From NCBI GenBank assembly GCA_030674475.1, contig JAUSCZ010000007.1:669-64668 (forward strand): a stretch of 64,000 nucleotides of DNA. Direction: 5' to 3'. Origin of the DNA: Candidatus Omnitrophota bacterium. GTDB taxonomy: Bacteria; Omnitrophota; Gorgyraeia; Gygaellales; UBA12090. Positions within the stretch are counted from its first letter, which is position 1. Each line of letters opens with the position of its first letter. Below, piece by piece: positions 1 through 8,450 of this stretch. Position numbers and translations under genes: made by a program. The notes beneath the pieces are model-generated. The model worked only from the letters and a program-made list of their open reading frames with translations. It searched no databases and was not told the DNA's origin.

Positions 1-1
1 C

Positions 2-208
2 GAAAATCAAATCAGGATTATAGCCGAGATGGAAAAAAATCCGTATGTTACGGCCGTTGAGCTTAAGGAGATAATCGGGATCTCAAGAAAAGGCATACTG
101 GAAAATATAGCAAAACTTAAGGCAAAAAAAATGATAGATAGAAAAGGGCCCAATAAAGGCGGGCATTGGCTTGTTCTGAAATTGCCAGGAGAGGCAAATG
201 AGCGATAA
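2..208 (+). CDS. 3'-partial CDS: C-terminal winged-helix of an HATPase_c_4/RecG-C-terminal-like putative transcriptional regulator (5' end is off the window)
   Basis: Frame-2 translation ...IRIIAEMEKNPYVTAVELKEIIGISRKGILENIAKLKAKKMIDRKGPNKGGHWLVL..* resembles the C-terminal HTH of 'divergent AAA/ATP-dependent DNA helicase RecG-related' regulators. Stop at 206-208 overlaps the next start. Confidence 0.4.
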   Translation, partial: ENQIRIIAEMEKNPYVTAVELKEIIGISRKGILENIAKLKAKKMIDRKGPNKGGHWLVLKLPGEANER

Positions 209-1709
209 GCCGGGGCGAAATTATCCGTGTCCTTGCGGCAGCGGAAAGAAGTTAAAAAAATGCTGCGGCTTAAATCTTGGACCGGCAGATGAAGACCTTT
301 TTGCGCCCATGCCGGATAATTTAAAAACGGGCACGAAGATTGACTTCTATTTTGATATCTTTCGGAGCGTGATGCTTTACGCCGAGATGTTGAAAACAAA
401 CCCGAAATTTGGCGGTGAACTGCGGAGACTATGCCACGACTTTGAAGAAAAGTTTAAGCCCGGAGGAGAGCACGGCCTGACGGATAGTTTCTATTTAAAC
501 TGGTTTGTTTTTGATAACCGTTTTGGCGTTGACCAGCGCACAATTATCGAACGGATGATGGAAAAGAAGGATTTTCATGCGATGCAGGATGCTGTTAAGT
601 TAGCGGCCCGCGAGCTTTCGGATAGTTATGCGACCTGTTATCAGGTTAAGGAGATACGAAAAGAGGATATTCTTTTTGAGGAGCTGGTGACCGGCCTCCG
701 GTGGATAGTGCATCGTATAGGCGATACATGCGAAGAGGAAGCAAGACCGCAAGATATATGGCATGCGCGCTTTGTCGGTCCTCAAGAAGACGCGTATTAT
801 TTCGGCCAGCCGTTTGTCTTTGGGCCGGAGGCGAAGGGTGATTTCATAAAAATTACGGACATGTTAATCAAGAATTTTAAAGAATACGCGAGTACGCGGT
901 CGCTCAAATTTGTTATCCCGCGGGACGCGTTTAAAGCCGGTATTAGCTTCTGGGCGGAATATCTTCACAGAAGCTTTCCGGGTGCGGTTGCCGAATCGGA
1001 TGTTGAACCAATAAGCGGGGCCACGGTGCCTTTCTTGAGTACAACAGACGGGGAAAAGATGCGTTTTTCTTTGGTAACCTTTAAAATTATTACCGAAGCC
1101 GGTCTTTGCGACAAATTGTCCGGGATGCGCGGCCTTGAGTGCGACGCGCGGAGAAGTTGCTGGGTCTGGCTCAAGAAGGGCAACCGTAGAATAAAGTCGT
1201 GGGATAATACGATCTTGGGCCAGATTTTCATTCGCGGTAACGAACTGGTCGGAGAGGTTAATTCGTTAGAGCGCGCGTTACGCCTCAAGAATAAGCTTTC
1301 TATCGGCCTTGGGAAAATGGTTGTTTTTGACCGTATAGATAGCAAAGACTTTGCGGCTATGCCGCAACCATCACAAGAGGAGCTTCGTAAGTTTGAGGAA
1401 GATCAGCGCCGGATTCATTCTGATCCGGAGGTCAGGAAAGTTTTGCTTCAAAGACAAGAGGAGTATTATTTGAAGGATTGGATTTCTTCCAGAATCCCGG
1501 CGCTTAACAACAAAACACCACTGCAGGCGGTCAAGTCAAAAGAGGGACGGCTTCAGCTTGAAGTTTTGATTAACCGGATGGAAGGAATGGACAGCGCCCA
1601 GCCGGATTATCTTCCCAAGATGGACATGAATTTTCTTAGACAAAAGCTTGGCCTGCCGCTGGCGGTTCGAGAGGTTAAAGGGCCTATGCCACGCCAAGCG
1701 GGAAAGTGA
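198..1709 (+). CDS. SEC-C motif domain protein (N-terminal CPCGSGKKxKKCC metal-binding motif), otherwise uncharacterized
   Basis: N-terminus MSDKPGRNYPCPCGSGKKLKKCCG is a canonical SEC-C/YecA-type zinc motif. The remaining ~480 aa have no recognisable domain. Confidence 0.55.
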   Translation: MSDKPGRNYPCPCGSGKKLKKCCGLNLGPADEDLFAPMPDNLKTGTKIDFYFDIFRSVMLYAEMLKTNPKFGGELRRLCHDFEEKFKPGGEHGLTDSFYLNWFVFDNRFGVDQRTIIERMMEKKDFHAMQDAVKLAARELSDSYATCYQVKEIRKEDILFEELVTGLRWIVHRIGDTCEEEARPQDIWHARFVGPQEDAYYFGQPFVFGPEAKGDFIKITDMLIKNFKEYASTRSLKFVIPRDAFKAGISFWAEYLHRSFPGAVAESDVEPISGATVPFLSTTDGEKMRFSLVTFKIITEAGLCDKLSGMRGLECDARRSCWVWLKKGNRRIKSWDNTILGQIFIRGNELVGEVNSLERALRLKNKLSIGLGKMVVFDRIDSKDFAAMPQPSQEELRKFEEDQRRIHSDPEVRKVLLQRQEEYYLKDWISSRIPALNNKTPLQAVKSKEGRLQLEVLINRMEGMDSAQPDYLPKMDMNFLRQKLGLPLAVREVKGPMPRQAGK

Positions 1710-1740
1710 AGGTCGAGATATTTTTACATAATGAAAATAT

Positions 1741-2210
1741 TTGGCTTACATAGGCAAAAATCGCCGAGCTTTTTGGTGTGGAGAGAAGTGCAGTTACGAA
1801 ACATCTCCAAAATATTTTCCAGGAAGGTGAGTTAGACAAAAATTCAACTTGTGTAAAAATTGCACAAGTTCAAACAGAAGGATCAAAGAAAGGAAAAACG
1901 GGGTCAGCCATCGAAATTGGAAATAGTTTGATATGCAGTTGCAAAAGCATGGAATACTGCCATGGTAAGACCATATAGGCTTCAATCAGAAGACCGTTTT
2001 TATTGTAGCCAGTAGGCAAAATGGCAGAATTACCTGAAGAATATAATTGGTCCAGCTATAAGAGATATATTGAACATAGAGCTGCATTGATAAAGATCAG
2101 GTCGATAAGGTTTTGGGTATTAAAGCTATAGAATATTGCGCGTCAGCTTGTGATGGATGAGATGGTAGAGAAAGAGGTCAATGCTCTTATTTCTAAATTC
2201 GAGGGCTGAC
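1741..2210 (+). pseudogene. Degraded RhuM-family (virulence protein RhuM/Fic-associated) gene fragment
   Basis: Translation IAELFGVERSAVTKHLQNIFQEGELDKNSTCVKIAQVQTEGSK matches the conserved RhuM N-terminal region. Downstream frames are broken by stops with no continuous ORF. Confidence 0.45.
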
Positions 2211-2386
2211 CCCTAACTCCCATCATCAATCCTGAGCTTGTCGAAAAGGATTGATTATTGGCAGGAATCGCATATAATTGAAGTAATCGTTTGATTTACC
2301 CCGCTTAGAGACTATAGAGCAATCAGCAAGCAATAAGATGTCTCTATCGGGGTTTACCCCACAGGGATACCCCAACAAGCGCTTAG

Positions 2387-3451
2387 ATGTCTAAGATACC
2401 AATAACCAAGATAATTGCTACTTTAGGGCCGGCGAGTTCTTCCGAGACGGTCATCCGCAAGATGATTCTCGCGGGTATGGATGTGGCCAGGCTTAATTTT
2501 TCGCACGGAGATATTGGCGCGCATCAAAGGCGTCTGGATATAGTCAGAAAGATTAACCTTAAATACCGCCGGGGAATCAAAATACTTCAGGATTTGGAAG
2601 GCAACCGAATCAGGGTCGGAAAACTAAAAGACGGAAAACCGATTGAACTGAAAAAACATCAGAAAATCTGGTTAGTCAAGGAAGAGATAATCGGCAGTTC
2701 CAAAGAGCTGTGTATAGATTACGACGGTTCATTTATGGATATCAAGAGCGGCTCAAGTATTTTTATAGATGATGGAAACATTAAGCTTGAGGCTAGAAAA
2801 TCCTTTAGGAATAAAATACTCGCGGAAGTGGCGGCCGGGGGATTTTTAAAAGAACATAAAGGAGTAAACATTCCGGAGGCGAATTTAAAGTTTCCCCGGA
2901 TAACCGAAAAGGACAGGCAGGATATAGAGTTTGGCATAGAAAATAAGGTGGATTATGTGGCTTTGTCTTTTGTGCGGGATAAATACGACTGCCGGGCCTT
3001 TAGGAATATTCTTAAGGATAGGCATCCGGATTGTCTCTTGGTTTCCAAAATCGAATCCCGCCCGGCCATAAGGAACATTGATAGCATTATAGAAGAGTGC
3101 GATTGTATCTTGATTGCCCGCGGCGATATGGGGATTTCGGTGCCTATCTGGGAAATACCTATGATCCAAAAGATGATAATCAGGAAGTGCAATCAAAGAA
3201 AAAAACCGGTGATTACCGCCACCCAGATGCTTGAGCATATGGTGGAGTTTCCCCAGCCGACCCGGGCTGAGGTTACCGATGTGGCTAATGCCATATTAGA
3301 CGGCACCGACTTGGTGATGCTTTCAGCCGAAAGCGCGGCGGGAAATTATCCGGTTGAGTCGGTATGGATGATGAATCGGATTATCAGGCATACCGAGAAG
3401 TTTTTGACTCTCAAGAAAATTTATGACCGCACTCTCGGAGAGAATTATTGA
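2387..3451 (+). CDS. pyk: Pyruvate kinase (short form lacking the C-terminal regulatory domain)
   Basis: MSKIPITKIIATLGPASSSETVIRKMILAGMDVARLNFSHGD is a typical PK N-terminus; 354 aa. Confidence 0.85.
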   Translation: MSKIPITKIIATLGPASSSETVIRKMILAGMDVARLNFSHGDIGAHQRRLDIVRKINLKYRRGIKILQDLEGNRIRVGKLKDGKPIELKKHQKIWLVKEEIIGSSKELCIDYDGSFMDIKSGSSIFIDDGNIKLEARKSFRNKILAEVAAGGFLKEHKGVNIPEANLKFPRITEKDRQDIEFGIENKVDYVALSFVRDKYDCRAFRNILKDRHPDCLLVSKIESRPAIRNIDSIIEECDCILIARGDMGISVPIWEIPMIQKMIIRKCNQRKKPVITATQMLEHMVEFPQPTRAEVTDVANAILDGTDLVMLSAESAAGNYPVESVWMMNRIIRHTEKFLTLKKIYDRTLGENY

Positions 3452-4178
3452 ATCCCGCCAGGGGTATTTTTTATTTGATAGCTTTAAAAAATATGGCTGT
3501 ATAGCGGGTTTTAGCCGGGGCAGGCTGAATTTAGGCTTTCAGAATAATCCTGACCTGAAGAAAAACCGGGAAAGTTTTTTAAGAGAGGTGGGCATAAAGC
3601 CGGATGAGCTTATTTGTCTTAAGCAGGTTCACGGTAATAAGATATTCCTGGCTAAAAAAGAGGATAAGGGCAAAGGGGCGTTTGATTATACTACGGCAAT
3701 CGCCGATTGCGACGGGATAATTACCCGGGAAAAGGAATTACCTTTGGCGGTGTTCAGCGCCGATTGCCTCTCGGTTTTTATGCTGGATGTCCGCAGTAAT
3801 GTCGGCGCGGTTATTCATGCCGGATGGCGGGGCAGTAGGGAAAGAATTGCCTTATCCGTCGTGAATATCTTAAAAGAAAAGTTTCTCAGTAATCCTGAAG
3901 ATATAATCTGCGGTTTTGGCCCTTGTATACGAAACTGTTGTTATGGGGTAGGTGAGGATTTCCAGGATTATTTTCCTGATTGCATAGAGGAAAGACAGGG
4001 AAAACTCTTTCTTGACCTGATTAAGATAAACTCTCAGCAGCTTTTAAGCGCGGGGGTTTTAGGAAAAAATATCAGCGATAGTCAAATCTGCACCTCTTGT
4101 CGTAATGATGAATTTTTCTCATATCGTAAAGAAGGTCAAAGCGCTGGGAGAATGATGTCGGTGATTATGGTAAAATGA
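3423..4178 (+). CDS. pgeF: Peptidoglycan editing factor PgeF / YfiH (DUF152, laccase-domain protein)
   Basis: Conserved HAGWRG and C-terminal CTSC motifs; 251 aa. Start may lie slightly downstream of the 3423 overlap. Confidence 0.75.
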   Translation: MTALSERIIESRQGYFLFDSFKKYGCIAGFSRGRLNLGFQNNPDLKKNRESFLREVGIKPDELICLKQVHGNKIFLAKKEDKGKGAFDYTTAIADCDGIITREKELPLAVFSADCLSVFMLDVRSNVGAVIHAGWRGSRERIALSVVNILKEKFLSNPEDIICGFGPCIRNCCYGVGEDFQDYFPDCIEERQGKLFLDLIKINSQQLLSAGVLGKNISDSQICTSCRNDEFFSYRKEGQSAGRMMSVIMVK

Positions 4179-4179
4179 A

Positions 4180-4207
4180 GTAGGGGCGGTTCGCGAACCG
4201 CCCCTAC
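4180..4207. repeat. Perfect 28-bp palindrome GTAGGGGCGGTTCGCGAACCGCCCCTAC (member of the TAGGG...CCCTA palindrome family)
   Basis: Seen directly. Lies immediately after the pgeF stop and could serve as a terminator-like hairpin. Confidence 0.8.
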
Positions 4208-4234
4208 AGCGATGTCTAAAACAAGGGGGTTAAT

Positions 4235-4711
4235 ATGGCGAAAATACTGCTTACTTATTATTCTTTAAGCGGGCATACCAAGAAGATGGCGGAATTGATT
4301 TTAGAGGGGATGAAGAAGGAAGAAGTAGATGTGTCTTTTAAAAGTATTGATGAGCTTAAGGTTGATGAGCTGTTGGATTATCAGGGGATTGTGATCGGCT
4401 CGCCGGTTTACTATGGCTCAATGGCCGCGCCTATCAAGAAGCTATTTGACGACTCGGTAAAATTCCACACCAAGCTGGACGGCCGCATAGGCGGAGCCTT
4501 TGCCTCCAGCGCTAATATCGGCGGCGGAAACGAAACCACCATCTTAGATATCTTGAACGCCATGCTTATTCATGGTATGATTATTCAAGGTGATCCTAAG
4601 GGCGACCATTATGGCCCGGTATCTATAGGCGCGCCTGATGAGCGTTCCCAGAAACAGTGCCTAAGATACGGGGAACGTTTTGCCAAATTGGTTAAGAAGT
4701 TATTTGTTTAG
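4235..4711 (+). CDS. Flavodoxin-like fold protein (WrbA/NAD(P)H:quinone oxidoreductase-like FMN protein)
   Basis: MAKILLTYYSLSGHTKKMAELI...GSPVYYGSMAAPIKKLFD fits the flavodoxin-like FMN-binding pattern. Confidence 0.6.
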   Translation: MAKILLTYYSLSGHTKKMAELILEGMKKEEVDVSFKSIDELKVDELLDYQGIVIGSPVYYGSMAAPIKKLFDDSVKFHTKLDGRIGGAFASSANIGGGNETTILDILNAMLIHGMIIQGDPKGDHYGPVSIGAPDERSQKQCLRYGERFAKLVKKLFV

Positions 4712-4751
4712 TTGCCGCTCTAAAAAAGTGGCAATGATTAAAGGGGGTAGT

Positions 4752-4985
4752 ATGTCACAAGTTACTGTGTATTCCACACCCAGCTGTTCTTATTGTATCC
4801 GGCTGAAAAGCTATTTGCGGCAAAAGGAGATTACTTTTACCACTATAGATGTCTCCCTTGACGCTCAAGGCTTGGAAAAGATGATTAGCCTCTCCGGGCA
4901 GATGGGGGTTCCGGTAATAGATATTGACGGAGAGGTTGTAGTGGGCTTTGATAAGGAAAAGATTGACAAATTATTAGGGCAATGA
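4752..4985 (+). CDS. Glutaredoxin-like protein (NrdH/Grx family, CSYC active site)
   Basis: MSQVTVYSTPSCSYCIRLKSYL...GVPVIDIDGEVVVGF; RBS AAGGGGG precedes the ATG at 4752. The ORF-track start at 4680 is probably too far upstream. Confidence 0.65.
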   Translation: MSQVTVYSTPSCSYCIRLKSYLRQKEITFTTIDVSLDAQGLEKMISLSGQMGVPVIDIDGEVVVGFDKEKIDKLLGQ

Positions 4986-5305
4986 GAGGGAAAGCGTATA
5001 TCGTTGTTTTTATAACCGCCAGTTCAAAAGAAGAAGCCCGAAAAATAGCCCGGGGGCTGCTGGAGGAAAAGCTGGCTGCCTGCGTAAATATTCTTCCCGG
5101 CCTTGAATCGCATTTTTGGTGGCAGGGTAAGATTGATAGCGCCAAGGAAGCGCTCTTGGTGATTAAGACTAAGAAAGAACTTTTTAATAAATTGGCCAAG
5201 AAGGTTAAGTCTCTGCATAGTTATAGCGTGCCGGAAATAATTGCCCTACCGATTGTTGCAGGGAATACAGAATATTTAAACTGGATAAATGATTCTACAA
5301 GGTAG
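4982..5305 (+). CDS. cutA: Divalent-cation tolerance protein CutA
   Basis: 107 aa. YIVVFITASSKEEARKIARGLLEEKLAACVNI...HSYSVPEIIALPI is characteristic of CutA1. Confidence 0.8.
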   Translation: MRGKAYIVVFITASSKEEARKIARGLLEEKLAACVNILPGLESHFWWQGKIDSAKEALLVIKTKKELFNKLAKKVKSLHSYSVPEIIALPIVAGNTEYLNWINDSTR

Positions 5306-5960
5306 CCCCATAGATTATCTAAGCGCGTTTTTAGGTGGAGTTTTAGTAAGTTTCTCGCCTTGCGTGTATCCTTTGGTTCCGATAACCTTAGGTTTTATCG
5401 GAGTAAAAGGCTCGGCCGGCCGCTTGCGGGGGTTTTATTTAAGCCTGGTCTATGTGTTAGGCCTGGCGGTTACTTATTCGGCGTTAGGATTAATTGCCGC
5501 CCTCAGCGGAAAACTTTTCGGTGAGATTTCTAGCCATCCCTTATCTTTTTTGATTGTAGGCAATGTCTGTATTCTGGCCGGGTTGTCTTTTTTTGAGGTA
5601 ATTAATATCCCTTTTATGGGTGTGCGCCTGCAGAATAAGATAGAGCGAAAAGGCGGATACTTATCGGTTTTTCTTTTGGGTTTGGCCTCAGGGTTAATAG
5701 CCGGCCCTTGCACCGCCCCGGCCTTGGGGGCGATATTAGTGTATGTGGCCAGCCGTCAGAATGTGGTATACGGAGCGAGCCTATTATTCAGTTTCGCCTA
5801 CGGAATGGGCTTTTTATTAATTTTAACCGGAACTTTTGGGGCGTTTTTTCTGCGTCTGCCGAAATCCGAGGCCTGGTTCGCGGGGATTAAAAAAGCCAGC
5901 GGTTTTATTTTAATAGCCGCGGGTGAATATTTCCTTATTCAGGCAGGGAGATTAATGTGA
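5289..5960 (+). CDS. ccdA: Cytochrome c-type biogenesis protein CcdA (DsbD-like thiol-disulfide transporter, membrane)
   Basis: Multi-TM protein with the SFSPCVYPLVP and GPCTAPALG cysteine motifs typical of CcdA/DsbD beta. Confidence 0.75.
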   Translation: MILQGSPIDYLSAFLGGVLVSFSPCVYPLVPITLGFIGVKGSAGRLRGFYLSLVYVLGLAVTYSALGLIAALSGKLFGEISSHPLSFLIVGNVCILAGLSFFEVINIPFMGVRLQNKIERKGGYLSVFLLGLASGLIAGPCTAPALGAILVYVASRQNVVYGASLLFSFAYGMGFLLILTGTFGAFFLRLPKSEAWFAGIKKASGFILIAAGEYFLIQAGRLM

Positions 5961-6478
5961 AAAAAGATTTAATCAAAATATGCCGTCAGATGTTTACGGT
6001 ATCGCTATTCTTGGTAATGTCATTTTCAGGAATCGGATTCCTGAGCGCGTCAGCGCGCTTACCCCAGGAACTATCTGTAGGCGAGATAGCTCCTGAATTT
6101 CAACTTTCCAGCCTTAGCGGTAATAATGTATCGCTTTCTGATTTTAAGGGAAAGCCGGTGATATTGTTTATTTGGGCCACTTGGTGTCCTTATTGCGTGC
6201 GGGAATTAGCCTATTTAGAGAAATACTACGTTGATATTAAAAAAAGCGGTGTTGAACTTTTGGCCATTGATAGCGGTGAGCCCAGAGAGCGAGTAGCCAG
6301 GTATTTAAATAACAGAAAAATAGAATTTCCTGTGTTATTGGATACCGATTCCAAGGTTTCCTACGCCTATAATGTGATTGGAATTCCTACTTTAGTTTTG
6401 GTAGATGCCCAGGGTAAGATTAAATTTCAAGGAAATAACCTGCCCGAAGATTACCTAAAGATTTTATCTCAGAAATAA
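5957..6478 (+). CDS. TlpA/ResA-like periplasmic thiol:disulfide oxidoreductase (thioredoxin fold, WATWCPYC)
   Basis: Signal/TM N-terminus plus a WCPYC active site. Sits adjacent to ccdA, the usual arrangement. Confidence 0.7.
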   Translation: MKKDLIKICRQMFTVSLFLVMSFSGIGFLSASARLPQELSVGEIAPEFQLSSLSGNNVSLSDFKGKPVILFIWATWCPYCVRELAYLEKYYVDIKKSGVELLAIDSGEPRERVARYLNNRKIEFPVLLDTDSKVSYAYNVIGIPTLVLVDAQGKIKFQGNNLPEDYLKILSQK

Positions 6479-7839
6479 TGCGCAGCGATAACAAAAGCCT
6501 TCTGCTTGATTTATACGAGCTGACCATGGCCGCGGGGTATTTTGAGCGCGAGAGAAATGTCCGGGCGGTCTTTGATCTTTTTGTCCGGCGTCTGCCTAAG
6601 AATCGCTCTTTCTTGATTGCCGCGGGCCTGGAAGAAGCGCTTAAATTCTTAAAGGATTTTTCTTTTGGCCAAGAGGATATAGATTTTCTGAAGAAGAAGG
6701 GAATCTTTAAGGATAGTTTCCTGGATTATTTAAAGGGATTAAGATTCAGCGGCGAGGTCTGGGCTATACCTGAGGGAACGGTATTTTTCCCGGGTGAGCC
6801 GGTAATAAGGGTCAGCGCCCCGATTTTAGAGGCCCAGATGGTAGAAAGCGCGCTATTGAACATAATTAATATCGCCTCGCTTATTTCTTCCAAGGCCGTC
6901 CGGGTGGTCTTGGCCGCGAAGGGGAAAGGGGTCTATGATTTCTCCCTGCGCCGCACCCAGGGGATGTCTGCCGCCCTGGCCGCGGCCCGCTCCAGTTATG
7001 TTGCCGGATGCCTGGGCACTTCCAATGTCCTGGCCGGGAAGCTCTATGGTGTGCCCACTGCCGGGACAATGGCTCATTCTTTTGTGATGTCTTTTCATTC
7101 GGAATTGGAAAGCTTCCGGGCCTATACCTCGCTTTTTCCGGATAATTCCATACTCTTGGTGGATACGTATGACTATCATAAGGGAATAGAAAATGCCATT
7201 ACCGCGGCCAGGGAATTAGAGGCGCAAGGGCATAAATTAAAGGGGGTGCGCTTAGACAGCGGGGATTTAGTCCGGATTTCCCAAATGGCCCGCCGCCTCC
7301 TGGATAAGGCCGGTTTAAATTATGTCCGGATATTTGCCAGCGGCAACCTGGATGAGTTTAAGATTGATAATTTGTTAAAAAACAGGGCTAAGATTGATAG
7401 TTTCGGGGTAGGCACTAATATGGGCACTTCTTGTGATGCCCCCTATCTGGATGTTATTTATAAGCTCAGCCGGATTGATAATTCTGATGGCTCTGTCCAG
7501 CCGGTAATGAAACTCAGCCAGGACAAGATTACTTACCCGGGAAAAAAGCAGGTATTCAGGATTCGCGCTAAAGACGGCCTCTATTTAAAAGATATTATCG
7601 GCCTGGAAGGCGAGAAGATAAAAGGTAAACCCCTGCTTGAAAAAGTGATGGAAAATGGTAAAATAACCATTCCCTACCCCTCATTGGACAAGATACGCGT
7701 CCTGGCTAAAGAGAATATCCGTTGTCTGGCTCCAAAATACAAGAAGCTAAAGGCTCAAGAGATTTATCCGGTTTCCTTAAGCCCGGGTTTAAAGCGGATG
7801 ATTGAAAAGCTAAAAAAAGATATAGCCTTAAGGAATTGA
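6478..7839 (+). CDS. pncB: Nicotinate phosphoribosyltransferase
   Basis: LLDLYELTMAAGYF N-terminus, 453 aa, NAPRTase family. Confidence 0.8.
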   Translation: MRSDNKSLLLDLYELTMAAGYFERERNVRAVFDLFVRRLPKNRSFLIAAGLEEALKFLKDFSFGQEDIDFLKKKGIFKDSFLDYLKGLRFSGEVWAIPEGTVFFPGEPVIRVSAPILEAQMVESALLNIINIASLISSKAVRVVLAAKGKGVYDFSLRRTQGMSAALAAARSSYVAGCLGTSNVLAGKLYGVPTAGTMAHSFVMSFHSELESFRAYTSLFPDNSILLVDTYDYHKGIENAITAARELEAQGHKLKGVRLDSGDLVRISQMARRLLDKAGLNYVRIFASGNLDEFKIDNLLKNRAKIDSFGVGTNMGTSCDAPYLDVIYKLSRIDNSDGSVQPVMKLSQDKITYPGKKQVFRIRAKDGLYLKDIIGLEGEKIKGKPLLEKVMENGKITIPYPSLDKIRVLAKENIRCLAPKYKKLKAQEIYPVSLSPGLKRMIEKLKKDIALRN

Positions 7840-8450
7840 TGAAAGAGATTGTCTTTATAGATATTGATACCCAGTATGACTTTATGTTCTCTAAGGGGAG
7901 GCTGTATATAAATGAGGCCGAGAAAATAATTCCTAATTTAAAACTACTGACCGAGGCCGCTTTTAAGAGAGACATCCTGATTATTTCCACGGCAGATACA
8001 CACCTAAAGAACGATCCGGAATTTAAGCAGTTTCCCGCTCATTGCGTTGAAAAAACTCACGGCCAGAAAAAGATTCCCCAGACCCTGCTGAAGAAACATA
8101 TTTTTATCCCCCGGAAGATATTAACCAGAAAAGAATTATTAGATACAACTAAAGGACACAAACAGATAATAATAGAAAAAAATACCTACGATGTATTCAC
8201 TAATTTTAATCTTTCGCGGCTATTGAAGCCTTTTAATGAGGCTTTTATTTATGGCGTGGCCGTGGATTACTGCGTTAAATACGCGGTGCTTGGGCTTTTA
8301 CAGAACGGGCTTAAGGTGAATTTGGTGATGGACGCGGTTTCGGCAGTTGAGCCAAAAGAAGGCAAAGCTCTTTTGGCTAAATTTAAAAATAATGGAGTAA
8401 AATTAGTTAAGACCAGAGAGGTTATAAATAGACTGAAAGCAGAAATATGA
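7836..8450 (+). CDS. pncA: Isochorismatase-family hydrolase, probably nicotinamidase PncA
   Basis: Cysteine-hydrolase fold hallmarks (DxQxDF, ...AVDYCV). Translationally coupled to pncB. Confidence 0.55.
   Translation: MMKEIVFIDIDTQYDFMFSKGRLYINEAEKIIPNLKLLTEAAFKRDILIISTADTHLKNDPEFKQFPAHCVEKTHGQKKIPQTLLKKHIFIPRKILTRKELLDTTKGHKQIIIEKNTYDVFTNFNLSRLLKPFNEAFIYGVAVDYCVKYAVLGLLQNGLKVNLVMDAVSAVEPKEGKALLAKFKNNGVKLVKTREVINRLKAEI

Noticed and set aside
7-399. 130-aa minus-strand ORF at the left edge
   Set aside because: Low-complexity, antisense to the well-supported + strand genes (RecG-like C-terminus and SEC-C protein), with no RBS or motif. Regarded as a spurious antisense ORF.
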